NCBI GenBank assembly: GCA_041652815.1
Contig: JBAZGN010000002.1
Location: forward strand, 174,261 to 238,260
Length of the DNA stretch: 64,000 nt
Source: Candidatus Omnitrophota bacterium
Lineage (GTDB): Bacteria; Omnitrophota; Gorgyraeia; Duberdicusellales; 4484-171
Direction: 5' to 3'
Positions 27,922 to 37,528 of this stretch are shown one piece after another; within the stretch, counting starts at the first letter, position 1, and every line of letters begins with the position of its first letter. The notes beneath the pieces were generated by a model, which ran no database searches, had not been told where the DNA came from, and saw only the letters and a program-made list of their open reading frames with translations. The translations under genes were made by a program, and so were the position numbers.

Positions 27922-30021
27922 ATGGTACGAGTAGCAAATTTACAACAACAAAGAAATATAGGTATTATGGCGCATATTGACGCCGGTAAAACCACGCTTA
28001 CAGAACGAATACTTTTTTATACCGGTAAGACTCATAAAGTAGGCGAAGTCCACGATGGAGAAGCAACTATGGACTGGATGAAGCAGGAGCGTGAACGAGG
28101 CATTACCATTACAGCAGCGGCAACTACCTGTTTCTGGAAAGATTGTAGAATAAATATTATAGATACTCCTGGCCACGTTGATTTTACGGTTGAGGTTGAA
28201 AGAAGCCTGCGTGTGCTTGACGGTGCTATTGCTGTCTTTTGTGCTGTCGGAGGAGTTGAGCCGCAATCAGAGGCAGTTTGGCGCCAATCAGAAAAATATA
28301 ATGTTCCAAAAATAGCCTTTATCAACAAAATGGACCGTGTCGGCGCGGACTTTTATGATGTGCTTAAGGCAATTGAGAAAGATTTAGGCGCAAATGCAAT
28401 TCCTATGGTAGTTCCCATAGGGTCAGAAGACAATTTTGAAGGCATCATTGACCTTATGGAAATGAAGGCTTATATTTTTGATGAAAATTCAGAAGACCAC
28501 GAATATAGAGTAGAAGATATACCCGCGCAACTTTTAGAAAATGCAAAGAAGTATCATCATATAATGGTTGAAAAAGCTGTTGAGCTTGACGATACTTTAA
28601 TGGAAAAATATCTTGAAGCGGAAGATAAAATTACGCAGGAAGAATTAATACGGGCAATACGCAAAGGCACAATCACAAACAAAGTTGTGCCGGTTATGTG
28701 CGGCTCGGCTTTTAAGAATAAAGGTGTTCGTAAATTGCTTGATGCGGTTAATTTATACCTTCCTTCCCCGTTTGACTTGCCCGCTGTTAAAGGAACAGAT
28801 CCAAACGATCCTGAAAAGGCTATTGAAAGAAAACCCCAGGATAATGAGCCGTTTGCGGCGCTTGCTTTTAAAGTGCAGGCTGATCCGCATATGGGAAAAC
28901 TTGTCTATTTCAGGGTTTATTCAGGTAAGCTTCCCGCTGGCTCTTACGTTTATAATTCTACAAAAGATAAAAAAGAAAGAATAAGCAGAATTCTGCAGAT
29001 GCATGCAAATGAAAGAGAAAATAGAGAAGATATATATGCCGGCGACATCGGCGCGGCTATCGGCTTAGACCACACAGTAACGGGAGATACTCTTTGTGAC
29101 CTTGAGAACCCCGTAATACTTGAAGCTATAGAATTTCCGGCTCCGGTTGTATCAATAAGTGTTAAACCCGCAAGCCGCGCAGAACAGGACAAATTAAGTA
29201 AAGGTATTGCAAAGCTTGCCGAAGAAGACCCTACGTTTACAGTGCACCACGACGAAGAAACTGAAGAAACCATTCTTTCCGGAATGGGCGAGTTGCACCT
29301 GGAAATTATAGTCGATAGATTAAAGCATGAATTTAGCGTTGAGGCAGTTGTCGGCCAGCCAAAAGTTGCTTACAAAGAAACAATATTAAACAACGCAACC
29401 GAAGAGTATAAGCACATTAAGCAGTCAGGCGGCCGCGGACAGTATGGCCATGTTGAGTTTGAGATAGAGCCTGCAGACCCCGGACAAGGGTTTGAGTTTG
29501 AAAATAAAATTGTCGGTGGCGCCATTCCCAGAGAATATATCCCGGCAGTTGAAAAGGGAGTTATTGAGGCTCTTAAGAAAGGAGCTTTAGCAGGTTATCC
29601 TGTCGTTGACGTAAAGGTAAACCTTATAGATGGCTCTTATCATGATGTTGATTCCTCAGAAATTGCTTTTAAGATAGCTGCAATTGAGTGTTTTAAGGAA
29701 GCTTTCAGAAAGGCTGTACCGGTTTTACTTGAGCCTTATATGTCGCTTGAAATTGTTACTCCTGAAGACTATGTTGGTAATATCGTAGGCAATCTTTGTT
29801 CCAGGCGCGGAAAAGTGCTTGGCATAGAAGCAGGCAAAGCAGGCCAGCAGATTGTAGCTGCGGAAGCTCCTTTGTCCGAACTTTTCGGCTATACTACTAC
29901 GCTACGTTCGCTTTCCAGCGGCCGCGCAACAAGCTCCATGCATTTTGAAAAATATGTCGAGGTTCCAAGCGCAATAGCCGAGAAAATAATCGAAGATTCT
30001 AAGGAGAAGAAAAAAGAATAA
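27922..30021 (+). CDS. fusA: Elongation factor G
   Basis: 699 aa. G1 [21 protein letters not shown] and full EF-G domain order. Confidence 0.95.
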   Translation: MVRVANLQQQRNIGIMAHIDAGKTTLTERILFYTGKTHKVGEVHDGEATMDWMKQERERGITITAAATTCFWKDCRINIIDTPGHVDFTVEVERSLRVLDGAIAVFCAVGGVEPQSEAVWRQSEKYNVPKIAFINKMDRVGADFYDVLKAIEKDLGANAIPMVVPIGSEDNFEGIIDLMEMKAYIFDENSEDHEYRVEDIPAQLLENAKKYHHIMVEKAVELDDTLMEKYLEAEDKITQEELIRAIRKGTITNKVVPVMCGSAFKNKGVRKLLDAVNLYLPSPFDLPAVKGTDPNDPEKAIERKPQDNEPFAALAFKVQADPHMGKLVYFRVYSGKLPAGSYVYNSTKDKKERISRILQMHANERENREDIYAGDIGAAIGLDHTVTGDTLCDLENPVILEAIEFPAPVVSISVKPASRAEQDKLSKGIAKLAEEDPTFTVHHDEETEETILSGMGELHLEIIVDRLKHEFSVEAVVGQPKVAYKETILNNATEEYKHIKQSGGRGQYGHVEFEIEPADPGQGFEFENKIVGGAIPREYIPAVEKGVIEALKKGALAGYPVVDVKVNLIDGSYHDVDSSEIAFKIAAIECFKEAFRKAVPVLLEPYMSLEIVTPEDYVGNIVGNLCSRRGKVLGIEAGKAGQQIVAAEAPLSELFGYTTTLRSLSSGRATSSMHFEKYVEVPSAIAEKIIEDSKEKKKE

Positions 30022-30120
30022 CTTTGTGTTTCCGCTAAAATTTTCCAACCAGTATAACTTTTATTTTTTTGCTTCCGGAGAAACTATTTAACTTTAATTT
30101 AGTTTTGGTATAATACTTAA

Positions 30121-30190
30121 ACAGATAACAGAGGACAGAGAAGAAATAAAAAAATGATTCTGTAATCTGTACTCTGTTGTCTGTATTCTA
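30121..30190. repeat. Family F-related palindrome upstream of metF
   Basis: aacagataacagaggacagag ... ctgtaatctgtactctgttgtctgt. Confidence 0.5.
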
Positions 30191-30210
30191 ACCGAGCGAA
30201 GCGAGGTTAC

Positions 30211-31071
30211 ATGAAGATAATAGATATTCTAAAAACTCACGATAAAGGCGTGTCTTTTGAATTCTTTCCGCCGAAAACAGAAAACGGGATGAATTTCTTA
30301 ATGAATACAGCAAGAGAGCTTAAGGCTTTTAAGCCCTTATATGTTTCTATGACCTATGGTGCAGCCGGTTCAACTCAGGAAAAAACAAAAGAAGCAACCT
30401 TTCTGCTGATTAAGGAAAAAGATTTTGTGGTTATGCCTCATCTAACCTGTATCGGCGCAAACGTAGGTACTATTAAAACCCTGCTTAGCGAATATAAACA
30501 AAATGGCATAGAAAATATTATGGCCTTAAGGGGAGATATACCGCAAAATATAGAGGGTTTTAATTTCAAATCTCAGGCTCTTTGCTACGCAAAAGATCTG
30601 GTTGGTTTTATAAAAGAAAATGGTAAATTTTGCACAGGGGTTGCAGTATATCCCGAGGGCCATATCGAAACAAAAACACTCGATGAAGATATTGAATACA
30701 CAAAACAGAAAATAGATGCCGGAGCTGATTTTGCGGTGACACAGATGTTTTTTGATAACAGCCACTTTTATAATTTTTTAGAAAGAGCAGGCAAAAAGGG
30801 GATTAATATTCCGGTTTTACCCGGAATTTTTCCTTTAACAGATATCGATAAGCTTAAAAAATTCTGTGCTGTAGCAAGAACAACTGTTCCCAAAAAAATA
30901 GAAGAAGAGATGTCGCGTTTCAGAGGCAACTCCCGAGATATGGAGAAATGCGGCATTGATTTCACGATAAAACAATGCCGGGACTTAATATCTCATGGGT
31001 ACAGCCACCTGCATTTTTTTACCTTCAATAAATCCGGCATGATTAGAGCTGTTTTAAACGCCATATTTTAA
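30211..31071 (+). CDS. metF: 5,10-methylenetetrahydrofolate reductase
   Basis: SFEFFPPKT, YVSMTYGAAGST and MTHFR-fold conserved blocks. Confidence 0.85.
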   Translation: MKIIDILKTHDKGVSFEFFPPKTENGMNFLMNTARELKAFKPLYVSMTYGAAGSTQEKTKEATFLLIKEKDFVVMPHLTCIGANVGTIKTLLSEYKQNGIENIMALRGDIPQNIEGFNFKSQALCYAKDLVGFIKENGKFCTGVAVYPEGHIETKTLDEDIEYTKQKIDAGADFAVTQMFFDNSHFYNFLERAGKKGINIPVLPGIFPLTDIDKLKKFCAVARTTVPKKIEEEMSRFRGNSRDMEKCGIDFTIKQCRDLISHGYSHLHFFTFNKSGMIRAVLNAIF

Positions 31072-31533
31072 TTGCTAAAACAAATAATGGTAATTGATAT
31101 ATTAGATAATTGTTATCGTTATACAAAACTGCATAAACTTTTTAAGCCGGCTTTTGAATTTTTAAGAAAAGAAAATCTTAAAAAATACTGCGAAGGCAGA
31201 TACGATATAGCCAAGAATGATGTTTATGCGCTGATATCAAAAGCAACCAGCCGCGGAAAAACAGGAGCGAGCCTTGAGGCGCATAGAAAATATATAGACA
31301 TACAGGTGGCTTTAAGCGGAGAAGATTTGATAGGGTATAAACCGCTTAGTGAATGCAGAATTAAAAGAACAGAATATGATGCTAAAAAAGATTGCGTATT
31401 TTTTAATGATAAAAGCAATTTTTGGTTTAAGATTCAAGAGAATTCATTTGCAATTTTTTTCCCACAAGACGCTCACGCTCCTCTCGCTGGCAGTTTGCCA
31501 GTATTAAAGGCAGTTATTAAAGTAAGAGTATAA
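31072..31533 (+). CDS. YhcH/YjgK/YiaL family protein (DUF386)
   Basis: Length 153 aa. Conserved pattern AFEFL...YDIAKNDVYALISKATSR...FF..DAHAP, characteristic of the family. Confidence 0.55.
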   Translation: MLKQIMVIDILDNCYRYTKLHKLFKPAFEFLRKENLKKYCEGRYDIAKNDVYALISKATSRGKTGASLEAHRKYIDIQVALSGEDLIGYKPLSECRIKRTEYDAKKDCVFFNDKSNFWFKIQENSFAIFFPQDAHAPLAGSLPVLKAVIKVRV

Positions 31534-31535
31534 AA

Positions 31536-31742
31536 ATGCTTAAAGTAATTATTACAATAATTTTCGTTTATATTCTGATTAGGTTGCTGGTAAGGCTAAT
31601 ATTTCTGGCGTTTGGAGTTTTTCTCTCGCGTACGTTGAAAGCAAAATACAGCAATACCGTAAAAAACGGATTTTCCGCTCGCAAAGAAAGCGATTCGGAA
31701 AATATCATCGACGCTGAATTCAAGGAAGTAAATAAACCCTAA
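31536..31742 (+). CDS. Small membrane protein (68 aa)
   Basis: Single TM followed by a charged tail. Coding status uncertain. Confidence 0.3.
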   Translation: MLKVIITIIFVYILIRLLVRLIFLAFGVFLSRTLKAKYSNTVKNGFSARKESDSENIIDAEFKEVNKP

Positions 31743-31859
31743 ACACTAAACTCTTCCGCCACCTTTAAAAAATAAGGCGGACCCGCCTAAGGCGGGAAAT
31801 CCTAAACAAACTGTTTAGAGTTTAGGGTTTCGAGTTTAGTGTTTATTATATAAGAGACA

Positions 31860-33050
31860 TTGTTTATGCAAACTAGCCGCTACATCGTCCATATCGATAT
31901 GGACGCTTTTTTCGCTGCTGTCGAGCAAAGAGATAACCCTTTATATAAAAATAAGCCTGTTGTTGTAGGAGCAGACCCCAAGGCCGGACGGGGAAGAGGG
32001 GTTGTTTCAACCTGCTCGTATGAGGCGCGTAAATTTGGCATACATTCAAGCCTGCCCATATCAATTGCCTATAGTTTATGTCCGCGGGCAATTTTTCTTC
32101 CCGTAAATATGGAAAAATATCTCGCTGTCTCAAGGCAAATTTATAATATACTTAATACATTTACTCCTTCTATCGAAACATTAAGTATTGATGAGGCTTT
32201 CCTTGATATAACCGGCAGTTTCTATCTTTTCGGCAGCCCGCTTGCAACCTGTAAACTTATAAAAGAAAAAATAAAAAAAGAAACTAAATTAACCGCATCA
32301 CTGGGCCTTGCACCGACAAAAATGGCGGCTAAAATTGCCTCTGATATATGTAAGCCAGATGGGCTTTTGGAAATAACAAGCGAAAAACTGTTGGATTTCT
32401 TATGGCCCTTACCAATAGAAAAAATCTCTGGATTAGGGAAGAAGTCAAAAGAGATATTAAATGAAAGAGGCATACGCACGATAAAGGACCTGGCACAACA
32501 AAAAAAAGATTATCTGGTTTCGATTTTTGGTAAATCCGGAGAATATTTCTGGTATTTGGCAAACGGCATAGATAATAGCGAGGTTATGGGCGCGCACGAA
32601 GCAAAATCAATAAGCAGCGAAACCACTTTTGAAAAGGATACTGCCGATGAGGAATTGATAAGGCGTACATTCCTCATGCTTTGCGAAGATGTTTCGGGCA
32701 GATTACGAAGTGATAGATTAAAGGCAAGGATTGTCACCTTAAAAATAAGGTTAACCGGTTTTAAAACTTATACAAGAGCGCTTACAATTCAGAAGGCAAC
32801 TAATTTTGTTGATGAGATATATAAGACAACAAGGACAATTTACAATAAATTTATTTCTTCAGGGGTTAAAGGGGCGTCGAAAATCCGCCTTATCGGAATT
32901 AAAACTTCCAATTTAATACCGCAAGATGAAAGGGATAGTTTGTTTGATGAAAAAATAGACCAGAAAAAAGAAAGTATGCACAAAGCCGTAGAGGCAATCA
33001 AGGGAAAATTCGGAAATAAAGGTATTTTTCGGGCAGCAGAGATAGATTGA
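31860..33050 (+). CDS. dinB: DNA polymerase IV (Y-family)
   Basis: HIDMDAFFAAVEQRDNP, SYEARKFGI and Y-family palm/little-finger order. Confidence 0.85.
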   Translation: MFMQTSRYIVHIDMDAFFAAVEQRDNPLYKNKPVVVGADPKAGRGRGVVSTCSYEARKFGIHSSLPISIAYSLCPRAIFLPVNMEKYLAVSRQIYNILNTFTPSIETLSIDEAFLDITGSFYLFGSPLATCKLIKEKIKKETKLTASLGLAPTKMAAKIASDICKPDGLLEITSEKLLDFLWPLPIEKISGLGKKSKEILNERGIRTIKDLAQQKKDYLVSIFGKSGEYFWYLANGIDNSEVMGAHEAKSISSETTFEKDTADEELIRRTFLMLCEDVSGRLRSDRLKARIVTLKIRLTGFKTYTRALTIQKATNFVDEIYKTTRTIYNKFISSGVKGASKIRLIGIKTSNLIPQDERDSLFDEKIDQKKESMHKAVEAIKGKFGNKGIFRAAEID

Positions 33051-33150
33051 TCCTATGTTTTGCTTGCGTCATTACTCCTTAGTTTGCTTTGATGCCAGCT
33101 TGACATATTTATATTGTTCATTACAATAGTGCACAGATGTTTTATAGAAT

Positions 33151-33296
33151 AACCAATAACCAAGATACAAGCTCCAAACAAATCCCAATACCCAATAAAC
33201 AATGCCCAAACGTTTTTGTTCTTTTTATTTGGTTATTGAATATTGGTTATTGATCATTATTTGGTCATTGGAAATTGGAGCTTGGTTATTTGTACA
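33151..33296. repeat. Family B element, copy 2 (more diverged)
   Basis: Shared ccaataaccaagatacaag ... ttggtcattgg ... ttggttatt arms. Confidence 0.7.
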
Positions 33297-33311
33297 AAAA
33301 GGAGGGCATAT

Positions 33312-33548
33312 ATGCCGTATGATGCAAGTCTTGATGAATGCTTGTTTACAAAGTCTTACGAAACTGAGAATGAGAGGTTAACCGTGAGCATTTATTCTTA
33401 TAACAGGGGGCAAAAAAAGCTGCAAATTACAAGGGAGAATAAAGACAACGCCGGCGAATTTAAATTTGCAAAATTAGGTAGAATGAATAAAGGAGAAATT
33501 ACTGCGATTCTTCCTTTGATTCAGGAAGCGATAAAAGCGATGGAATAA
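33312..33548 (+). CDS. PC4/YdbC-like ssDNA-binding small protein (78 aa)
   Basis: AAAAAGGAGGG RBS. TVSIYSYNRGQKKLQITREN...KGEITAILPLIQEAIKAME resembles the PF02229 pattern (rvtvsef..IRe.....kGisLs.eqw..L...i). Confidence 0.4.
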   Translation: MPYDASLDECLFTKSYETENERLTVSIYSYNRGQKKLQITRENKDNAGEFKFAKLGRMNKGEITAILPLIQEAIKAME

Positions 33549-33616
33549 TTAAAACTAGAAACGGATATCAGCGTAAGTATACTAGATAGTCCCTATCTGG
33601 TTAAAAGGAGAAATTA

Positions 33617-33964
33617 ATGATACGATGCAAAATCTGCAAAGTTCCCTTGACCGGTTTTCTAAGCAATATAGGTAAAGCTTTTTTTAATATAAGACGTTCC
33701 AGCTCAGACCCTGAAGTTTGTAACAAATGTGCCAATAAAGAGCAAAATAAGACTGCAGAAGGTATCAATTCTGATGATAAAACATACCAATGCCAGATTT
33801 GTTCAAGGGCTGTCCATCAGCAGCACGCGCTTGAACATGTAAAAACGGAAGAATATCTTATTAACCTTATTAAAAAAGACCACCCGGAGTTTCAGCACAA
33901 AGGCCCTACCTGCAAGGAATGTATAGAATATTATAGAAAATTAGTCAAGGATGCGGAAATTTAG
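33617..33964 (+). CDS. Zinc-ribbon protein with four CxxC motifs
   Basis: CKIC, CNKC, CQIC and CKEC. AAGGAGA RBS. Confidence 0.4.
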   Translation: MIRCKICKVPLTGFLSNIGKAFFNIRRSSSDPEVCNKCANKEQNKTAEGINSDDKTYQCQICSRAVHQQHALEHVKTEEYLINLIKKDHPEFQHKGPTCKECIEYYRKLVKDAEI

Positions 33965-33976
33965 CTAAAAAGCACA

Positions 33977-34024
33977 AGCTATCAGTCGTCAGTAGCTGAC
34001 AGCTGAAAGCTGATGGCTGATAAC
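33977..34024. repeat. Family D element, copy 2 (short)
   Basis: agctatcagtcgtcagtagctgacagctgaaagctgatggctgataac. Confidence 0.7.
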
Positions 34025-34048
34025 TTTTGTATTTTTTAATATTTTTGC

Positions 34049-34076
34049 TTGAAAAAATGATAAAATCTGATATAAT
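34049..34076 (+). promoter_or_regulatory. Sigma70-like promoter for rpsU-rbp (TTGAAA-16-TATAAT)
   Basis: Read directly about 22 nt upstream of the rpsU ATG. Confidence 0.5.
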
Positions 34077-34098
34077 TCAATGTTCATAAGGAGAAAAT

Positions 34099-34260
34099 AT
34101 GGCAGAAGTAAGAATTGATTCAAGAGAAGATTTCGAGAAAGCATTGCGCAGATTTATGATGCAATGCAAAAAAGAGGGCATTGTAAAGAATTTCCGGGAA
34201 CGGCAACATTATACAAAACCATCTCAAAAAAGGAGGGAAAAGAAGAAAAAGCGTACGTAA
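34099..34260 (+). CDS. rpsU: 30S ribosomal protein S21 (short, 53 aa; below ORF-track cutoff)
   Basis: Hand translation MAEVRIDSREDFEKALRRFMMQCKKEGIVKNFRERQHYTKPSQKRREKKKKRT. S21 signature ALRRF..C.K.GI....R.R..Y.KPS.KR. AAGGAG RBS and a TTGAAA-16-TATAAT promoter upstream. Confidence 0.7.
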   Translation: MAEVRIDSREDFEKALRRFMMQCKKEGIVKNFRERQHYTKPSQKRREKKKKRT

Positions 34261-34369
34261 AGCCCTCTTGTAGTAAGATGACGCTCCGCATCTTACGTAA
34301 AGAGTTTAAGTTAATAACCGGAGCGCCCCTTTTATAGGGAAAATTTAAGTTTGTAAAGGAGAAACGACA

Positions 34370-34699
34370 ATGGAAGAGGAAAAAAAACTGTATATCGGAA
34401 ATCTAGAGTTCGGCGTAACAGATGCGGATCTAAAGAAATTTATGGAAGAAAAAGGGCTTACCGTAAAGGAAGTCAAAATAATATCGGATAAATTCTCCGG
34501 CAGGTCCAAAGGTTTTGGATTTGCGGAGTTTGACACCCCGGAACAAGCACAGCAAGCTATAGATGTTCTTAACGGCCAGGAATTAAATGGCAGAGCGTTA
34601 AGAGTGAGTAAAGCTCAGAAAATGCGCCCGCGCAAAGAAGGCTTCGGCGGCGGCGGTGGCGGTGGCCGTGGCGGTTATGGCGGCGGATTTAGAAAGTAA
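34370..34699 (+). CDS. RRM-type glycine-rich RNA-binding protein (paralogue of 23907..24227)
   Basis: RNP2 LYIGNL, RNP1 KGFGFAEF and a GGGGGGGRGGYGGG tail. About 75% identical to the other copy. A rho-independent terminator follows. Confidence 0.85.
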   Translation: MEEEKKLYIGNLEFGVTDADLKKFMEEKGLTVKEVKIISDKFSGRSKGFGFAEFDTPEQAQQAIDVLNGQELNGRALRVSKAQKMRPRKEGFGGGGGGGRGGYGGGFRK

Positions 34700-34707
34700 A
34701 TAATCCA

Positions 34708-34755
34708 AGAGGGTAGAAAAGAAAGCCGTTCCCTTTTCTACCCTCTTTTTTTATT
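34708..34755 (+). terminator. Rho-independent terminator after rbp copy 2
   Basis: agagggtagaaaag-loop-cttttctaccctct followed by TTTTTTATT. Confidence 0.75.
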
Positions 34756-34982
34756 CTCCTTCGCCCTTCGGTAAGCAAAACGCCGGTTGTGCTTCGGAGA
34801 ATGAACTTCCGTAATTTTCTTAAATGAGCCACGTCATTTATTTTGAATAGGTTCATTTTTCTTGCCTTATTTCAAACCAGTTAGCAACAATCAAACAATT
34901 TCTTTTAAAATATCAAAATTATTAGTATAATAAATGAGGCAGCTTAATTTTCTATGCCTCTGGCATAGAAAATTAACGTAGC

Positions 34983-35050
34983 CGAATTTACCCCGCCCTT
35001 TCATACCTTGAATAAGTTATTCATGGGTAAGAAAGGGCGGGGTTTAATTC
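34983..35050. repeat. Family C hairpin element, copy 2, upstream of the NYN gene
   Basis: gaatttaccccgccctttcataccttgaataagttattcatgggtaagaaagggcggggtttaattc. Confidence 0.8.
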
Positions 35051-35118
35051 GCACTAGTATTTTTTCTTCGCCACTTTGGCTCGAAAAAATACTGTGCTCA
35101 TTAAAAAAGGAGTACCAA

Positions 35119-35670
35119 ATGGAACGTGTAATGATTTTTATTGACGCAGAGTATGTGGTTCAAAAGATTCGCGAATTAGGAGCGAAATTAAATTTAGGGC
35201 GTAAAGACATCGAGTGGAAGAATATAATAAAATGGGTGGTAAACAGGCGCAAGCTCATTCGTTGTTACTATTATTCGGCAGAGCTTAGCAAGGATGAAAA
35301 TCCAAAAACGTACCATGAACAGCAAGAGTTATTACGGAAGCTAAAAGTTAGCATACCTTATTTTGAGGTGCGCTTGGGGCGGCTCGTTAGGTTTCATCAT
35401 GAATGGGTTCAGAAAGGCCTTGATGTAAAAATCGCCGTTGATATGTTTTCTAAAGCGGTCACTAACCAATACGATACAGCAGCTCTTGTTTCCGGAGATT
35501 CCGATTTCGTTGAAGTAATTAAAGAGATAAAAGATATGCACGGTAAACATGTGGAGCTCTATACTTTTGATACGGCAATAAACGATTCTCTCAAGTTTGC
35601 TGCCGACATGCATATTGTAGTCGATGCACAAACTGCCAAAAGATATCGTTTCTGGCCGGAAACAAAGTGA
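35119..35670 (+). CDS. NYN-domain (LabA-like) protein
   Basis: MIFIDAEY, KGLDVKIAVDM and SGDSDF motifs of PF01936. Start moved to the internal ATG with an AAGGAG RBS because the ORF N-terminus lies inside repeat C2. Confidence 0.7.
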   Translation: MERVMIFIDAEYVVQKIRELGAKLNLGRKDIEWKNIIKWVVNRRKLIRCYYYSAELSKDENPKTYHEQQELLRKLKVSIPYFEVRLGRLVRFHHEWVQKGLDVKIAVDMFSKAVTNQYDTAALVSGDSDFVEVIKEIKDMHGKHVELYTFDTAINDSLKFAADMHIVVDAQTAKRYRFWPETK

Positions 35671-35674
35671 CGCG

Positions 35675-35900
35675 AATAAACACGAATACATAGAAGCGGA
35701 TCCGCGCCTGCCTCGCCAAAGCTTCAGCAAGGCGAGGATATTTACGCAGCCCCGTTACCTTATATAAATATATTAAGGTTCGGGGCGTCCCGCACCTTAA
35801 TAATTATATATAGGAAACGGGACGGATAGACGCAAGCCGATTACCGTGCGTACATCCGCGTTTAGCTCCGCGGTAATCCGCTTCTATAAATACACGAGGC
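35675..35900. repeat. Large multi-hairpin palindromic block
   Basis: Outer arms tacatagaagcggat ... atccgcttctataaatac. Inner ccgttacc..ggtaatccg and aggttcggggcgtcccgcacctt hairpins. Confidence 0.6.
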
Positions 35901-35907
35901 TAATTAC

Positions 35908-36159
35908 GTGAAAACCTTAATTATAGGCATAGCAGCCGGTATTTTGACTACCATAGCATTCCTTCCCCAGTTGATACGTGCCATAAAAACAAAACACACC
36001 AAAGATTTATCTCTGGTTACCTTTTCTTTATTTGGAGTAGGGGTATTTTTGTGGCTTATCTACGGCATCATGCTTTCCGAGCTCCCGATAATTTTAGCTA
36101 ACGCAGTTACGCTGGTTTTCGTTGTGCTGATTGCGGTTATGAAAATAAAACATGGTTAA
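35908..36159 (+). CDS. SemiSWEET / PQ-loop small sugar transporter (83 aa, 3 TM)
   Basis: FLPQLIRAIKTKHTKDLS PQ-loop motif, at the typical SemiSWEET length. Confidence 0.6.
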   Translation: MKTLIIGIAAGILTTIAFLPQLIRAIKTKHTKDLSLVTFSLFGVGVFLWLIYGIMLSELPIILANAVTLVFVVLIAVMKIKHG

Positions 36160-36170
36160 TTGAGAAAAAT

Positions 36171-36887
36171 ATGTATTTATATGGCAAAAATTCAGTTGTT
36201 GAACGTCTTAAGAAAAATCCAAAAAGCATACGTGCAATCTTTCTTGAGGAAAAATTTAACGATAGCACTATAGAAAAACTTATCCGGTCAAATAACATCG
36301 CCATAAAGAAACTGCCTCAGGATAAATTATTCAAAATCAAATACAGCTCAAATCTTCAGGGGGTAATTGCGGAAATTGACAACTTTAAATATAGTGACTT
36401 TGATGAACTTTTGCGCGAAGGCCTAGATGAGAATGATACTCTTATTTTTCTCGATAGAGTATACGACCCTCAGAATCTTGGCGCCATAATGCGCAACGCC
36501 GCCTGTTTCGGCGGTTTTTCTCTAATCATACCGAAGCATAAGGCCTGTGAAGTCAACGAAACAGTTTTGCATATTGCCTGCGGCGCGGAAAACTATGTCA
36601 AGGTGGCAATGGTGTCTAATATTTCAAACGCCGTTATAACAGCCAAAAAAGAGGGTTTATGGATTATGGGGGCTGTAATTTCTCCCGACGCCAAGGATTT
36701 AAATACTGTTTCTATGCCGTTTCCTTTGGGTGTTATTTTTGGCTCAGAAGGAGAAGGAGTCCGTTATGGAGTAGAGAAACATATAGATATAAAAGCAAAA
36801 ATACCTATGCCTGGAGCCGTGCTTAGCTACAATGTAAGCATGGCCGCGGCAATTTTTTGTTACGAGATAAATAAACAAAAAAAATGA
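36171..36887 (+). CDS. TrmH/SpoU-family RNA 2'-O-methyltransferase (RlmB-like)
   Basis: N-terminal substrate-binding-like region and a SPOUT C-terminal domain (VIFGSEGEGV). 4-nt overlap with the downstream HD gene. Confidence 0.7.
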   Translation: MYLYGKNSVVERLKKNPKSIRAIFLEEKFNDSTIEKLIRSNNIAIKKLPQDKLFKIKYSSNLQGVIAEIDNFKYSDFDELLREGLDENDTLIFLDRVYDPQNLGAIMRNAACFGGFSLIIPKHKACEVNETVLHIACGAENYVKVAMVSNISNAVITAKKEGLWIMGAVISPDAKDLNTVSMPFPLGVIFGSEGEGVRYGVEKHIDIKAKIPMPGAVLSYNVSMAAAIFCYEINKQKK

Positions 36888-37471
36888 AAAATAAAAAAGA
36901 TATAAAAGAAATTATGCAATTCATTTGTGAAGCCGGCATGCTTAAAAATGTTAAACGTTCCGGATGGCAGGTGCTTGGAATACGTTCAGGCGAAACTGTT
37001 GCCGAACACAGTTTTCGCTGCGCGGTTATAGGTTACATTTTGGCAGATATGGAAGGCGCATCTGCTCATAAGGTAATTTTACTTACTCTTTTTAATGACA
37101 TCCAGGAAGCCCGTATGACCGATTTACATAAAATGGCACAACGTTATCTAAAAATAGATAGCGCAGAAGACAGTTGTTTTACGGAACAAATCAAAAACTT
37201 GCCGGATAAATTGTCTAAAGAGTTGGCGCAATTACATGAAGAATACAGGAAGCAAAAGACAAAAGAAAGTATTATTGCGAGAGATGCCGACATACTTGAA
37301 TGCCTTATTCAGGCAAAAGAATATCACGAGCAGGGTTTTAAAAAGGCAATAGAATTTACCAAGTGCGCGCCGCGTTTTCTAAAAAGCAACAGCGCAAAAA
37401 AGCTATGGCAAGTTGCTAAAAATAATAAAATTACAAATTGGTGGGTTGCCTTAAGTAATTTTAAACGCTAA
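36884..37471 (+). CDS. HD-domain protein, YfbR-like, with the HD dyad changed to ND
   Basis: AEHSFRCAVIGY...LFNDIQEARMTDL aligns with YfbR SVAEHS...YHDASEVLTGDL. Confidence 0.55.
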   Translation: MKNKKDIKEIMQFICEAGMLKNVKRSGWQVLGIRSGETVAEHSFRCAVIGYILADMEGASAHKVILLTLFNDIQEARMTDLHKMAQRYLKIDSAEDSCFTEQIKNLPDKLSKELAQLHEEYRKQKTKESIIARDADILECLIQAKEYHEQGFKKAIEFTKCAPRFLKSNSAKKLWQVAKNNKITNWWVALSNFKR

Positions 37472-37528
37472 CATTCGTAACTTAAATATGCGATTTATGA
37501 TTAGCTATATAAAAGAGGAGATAAAATA

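Noticed and set aside
31741-31860. LexA/SOS box upstream of dinB within the AAACACTAAACTC...GAGTTTAGTGTTT palindrome
   Set aside because: Neither CTGT-N8-ACAG nor GAAC-N4-GTTC is present. The palindrome looks like another structured repeat rather than an operator.
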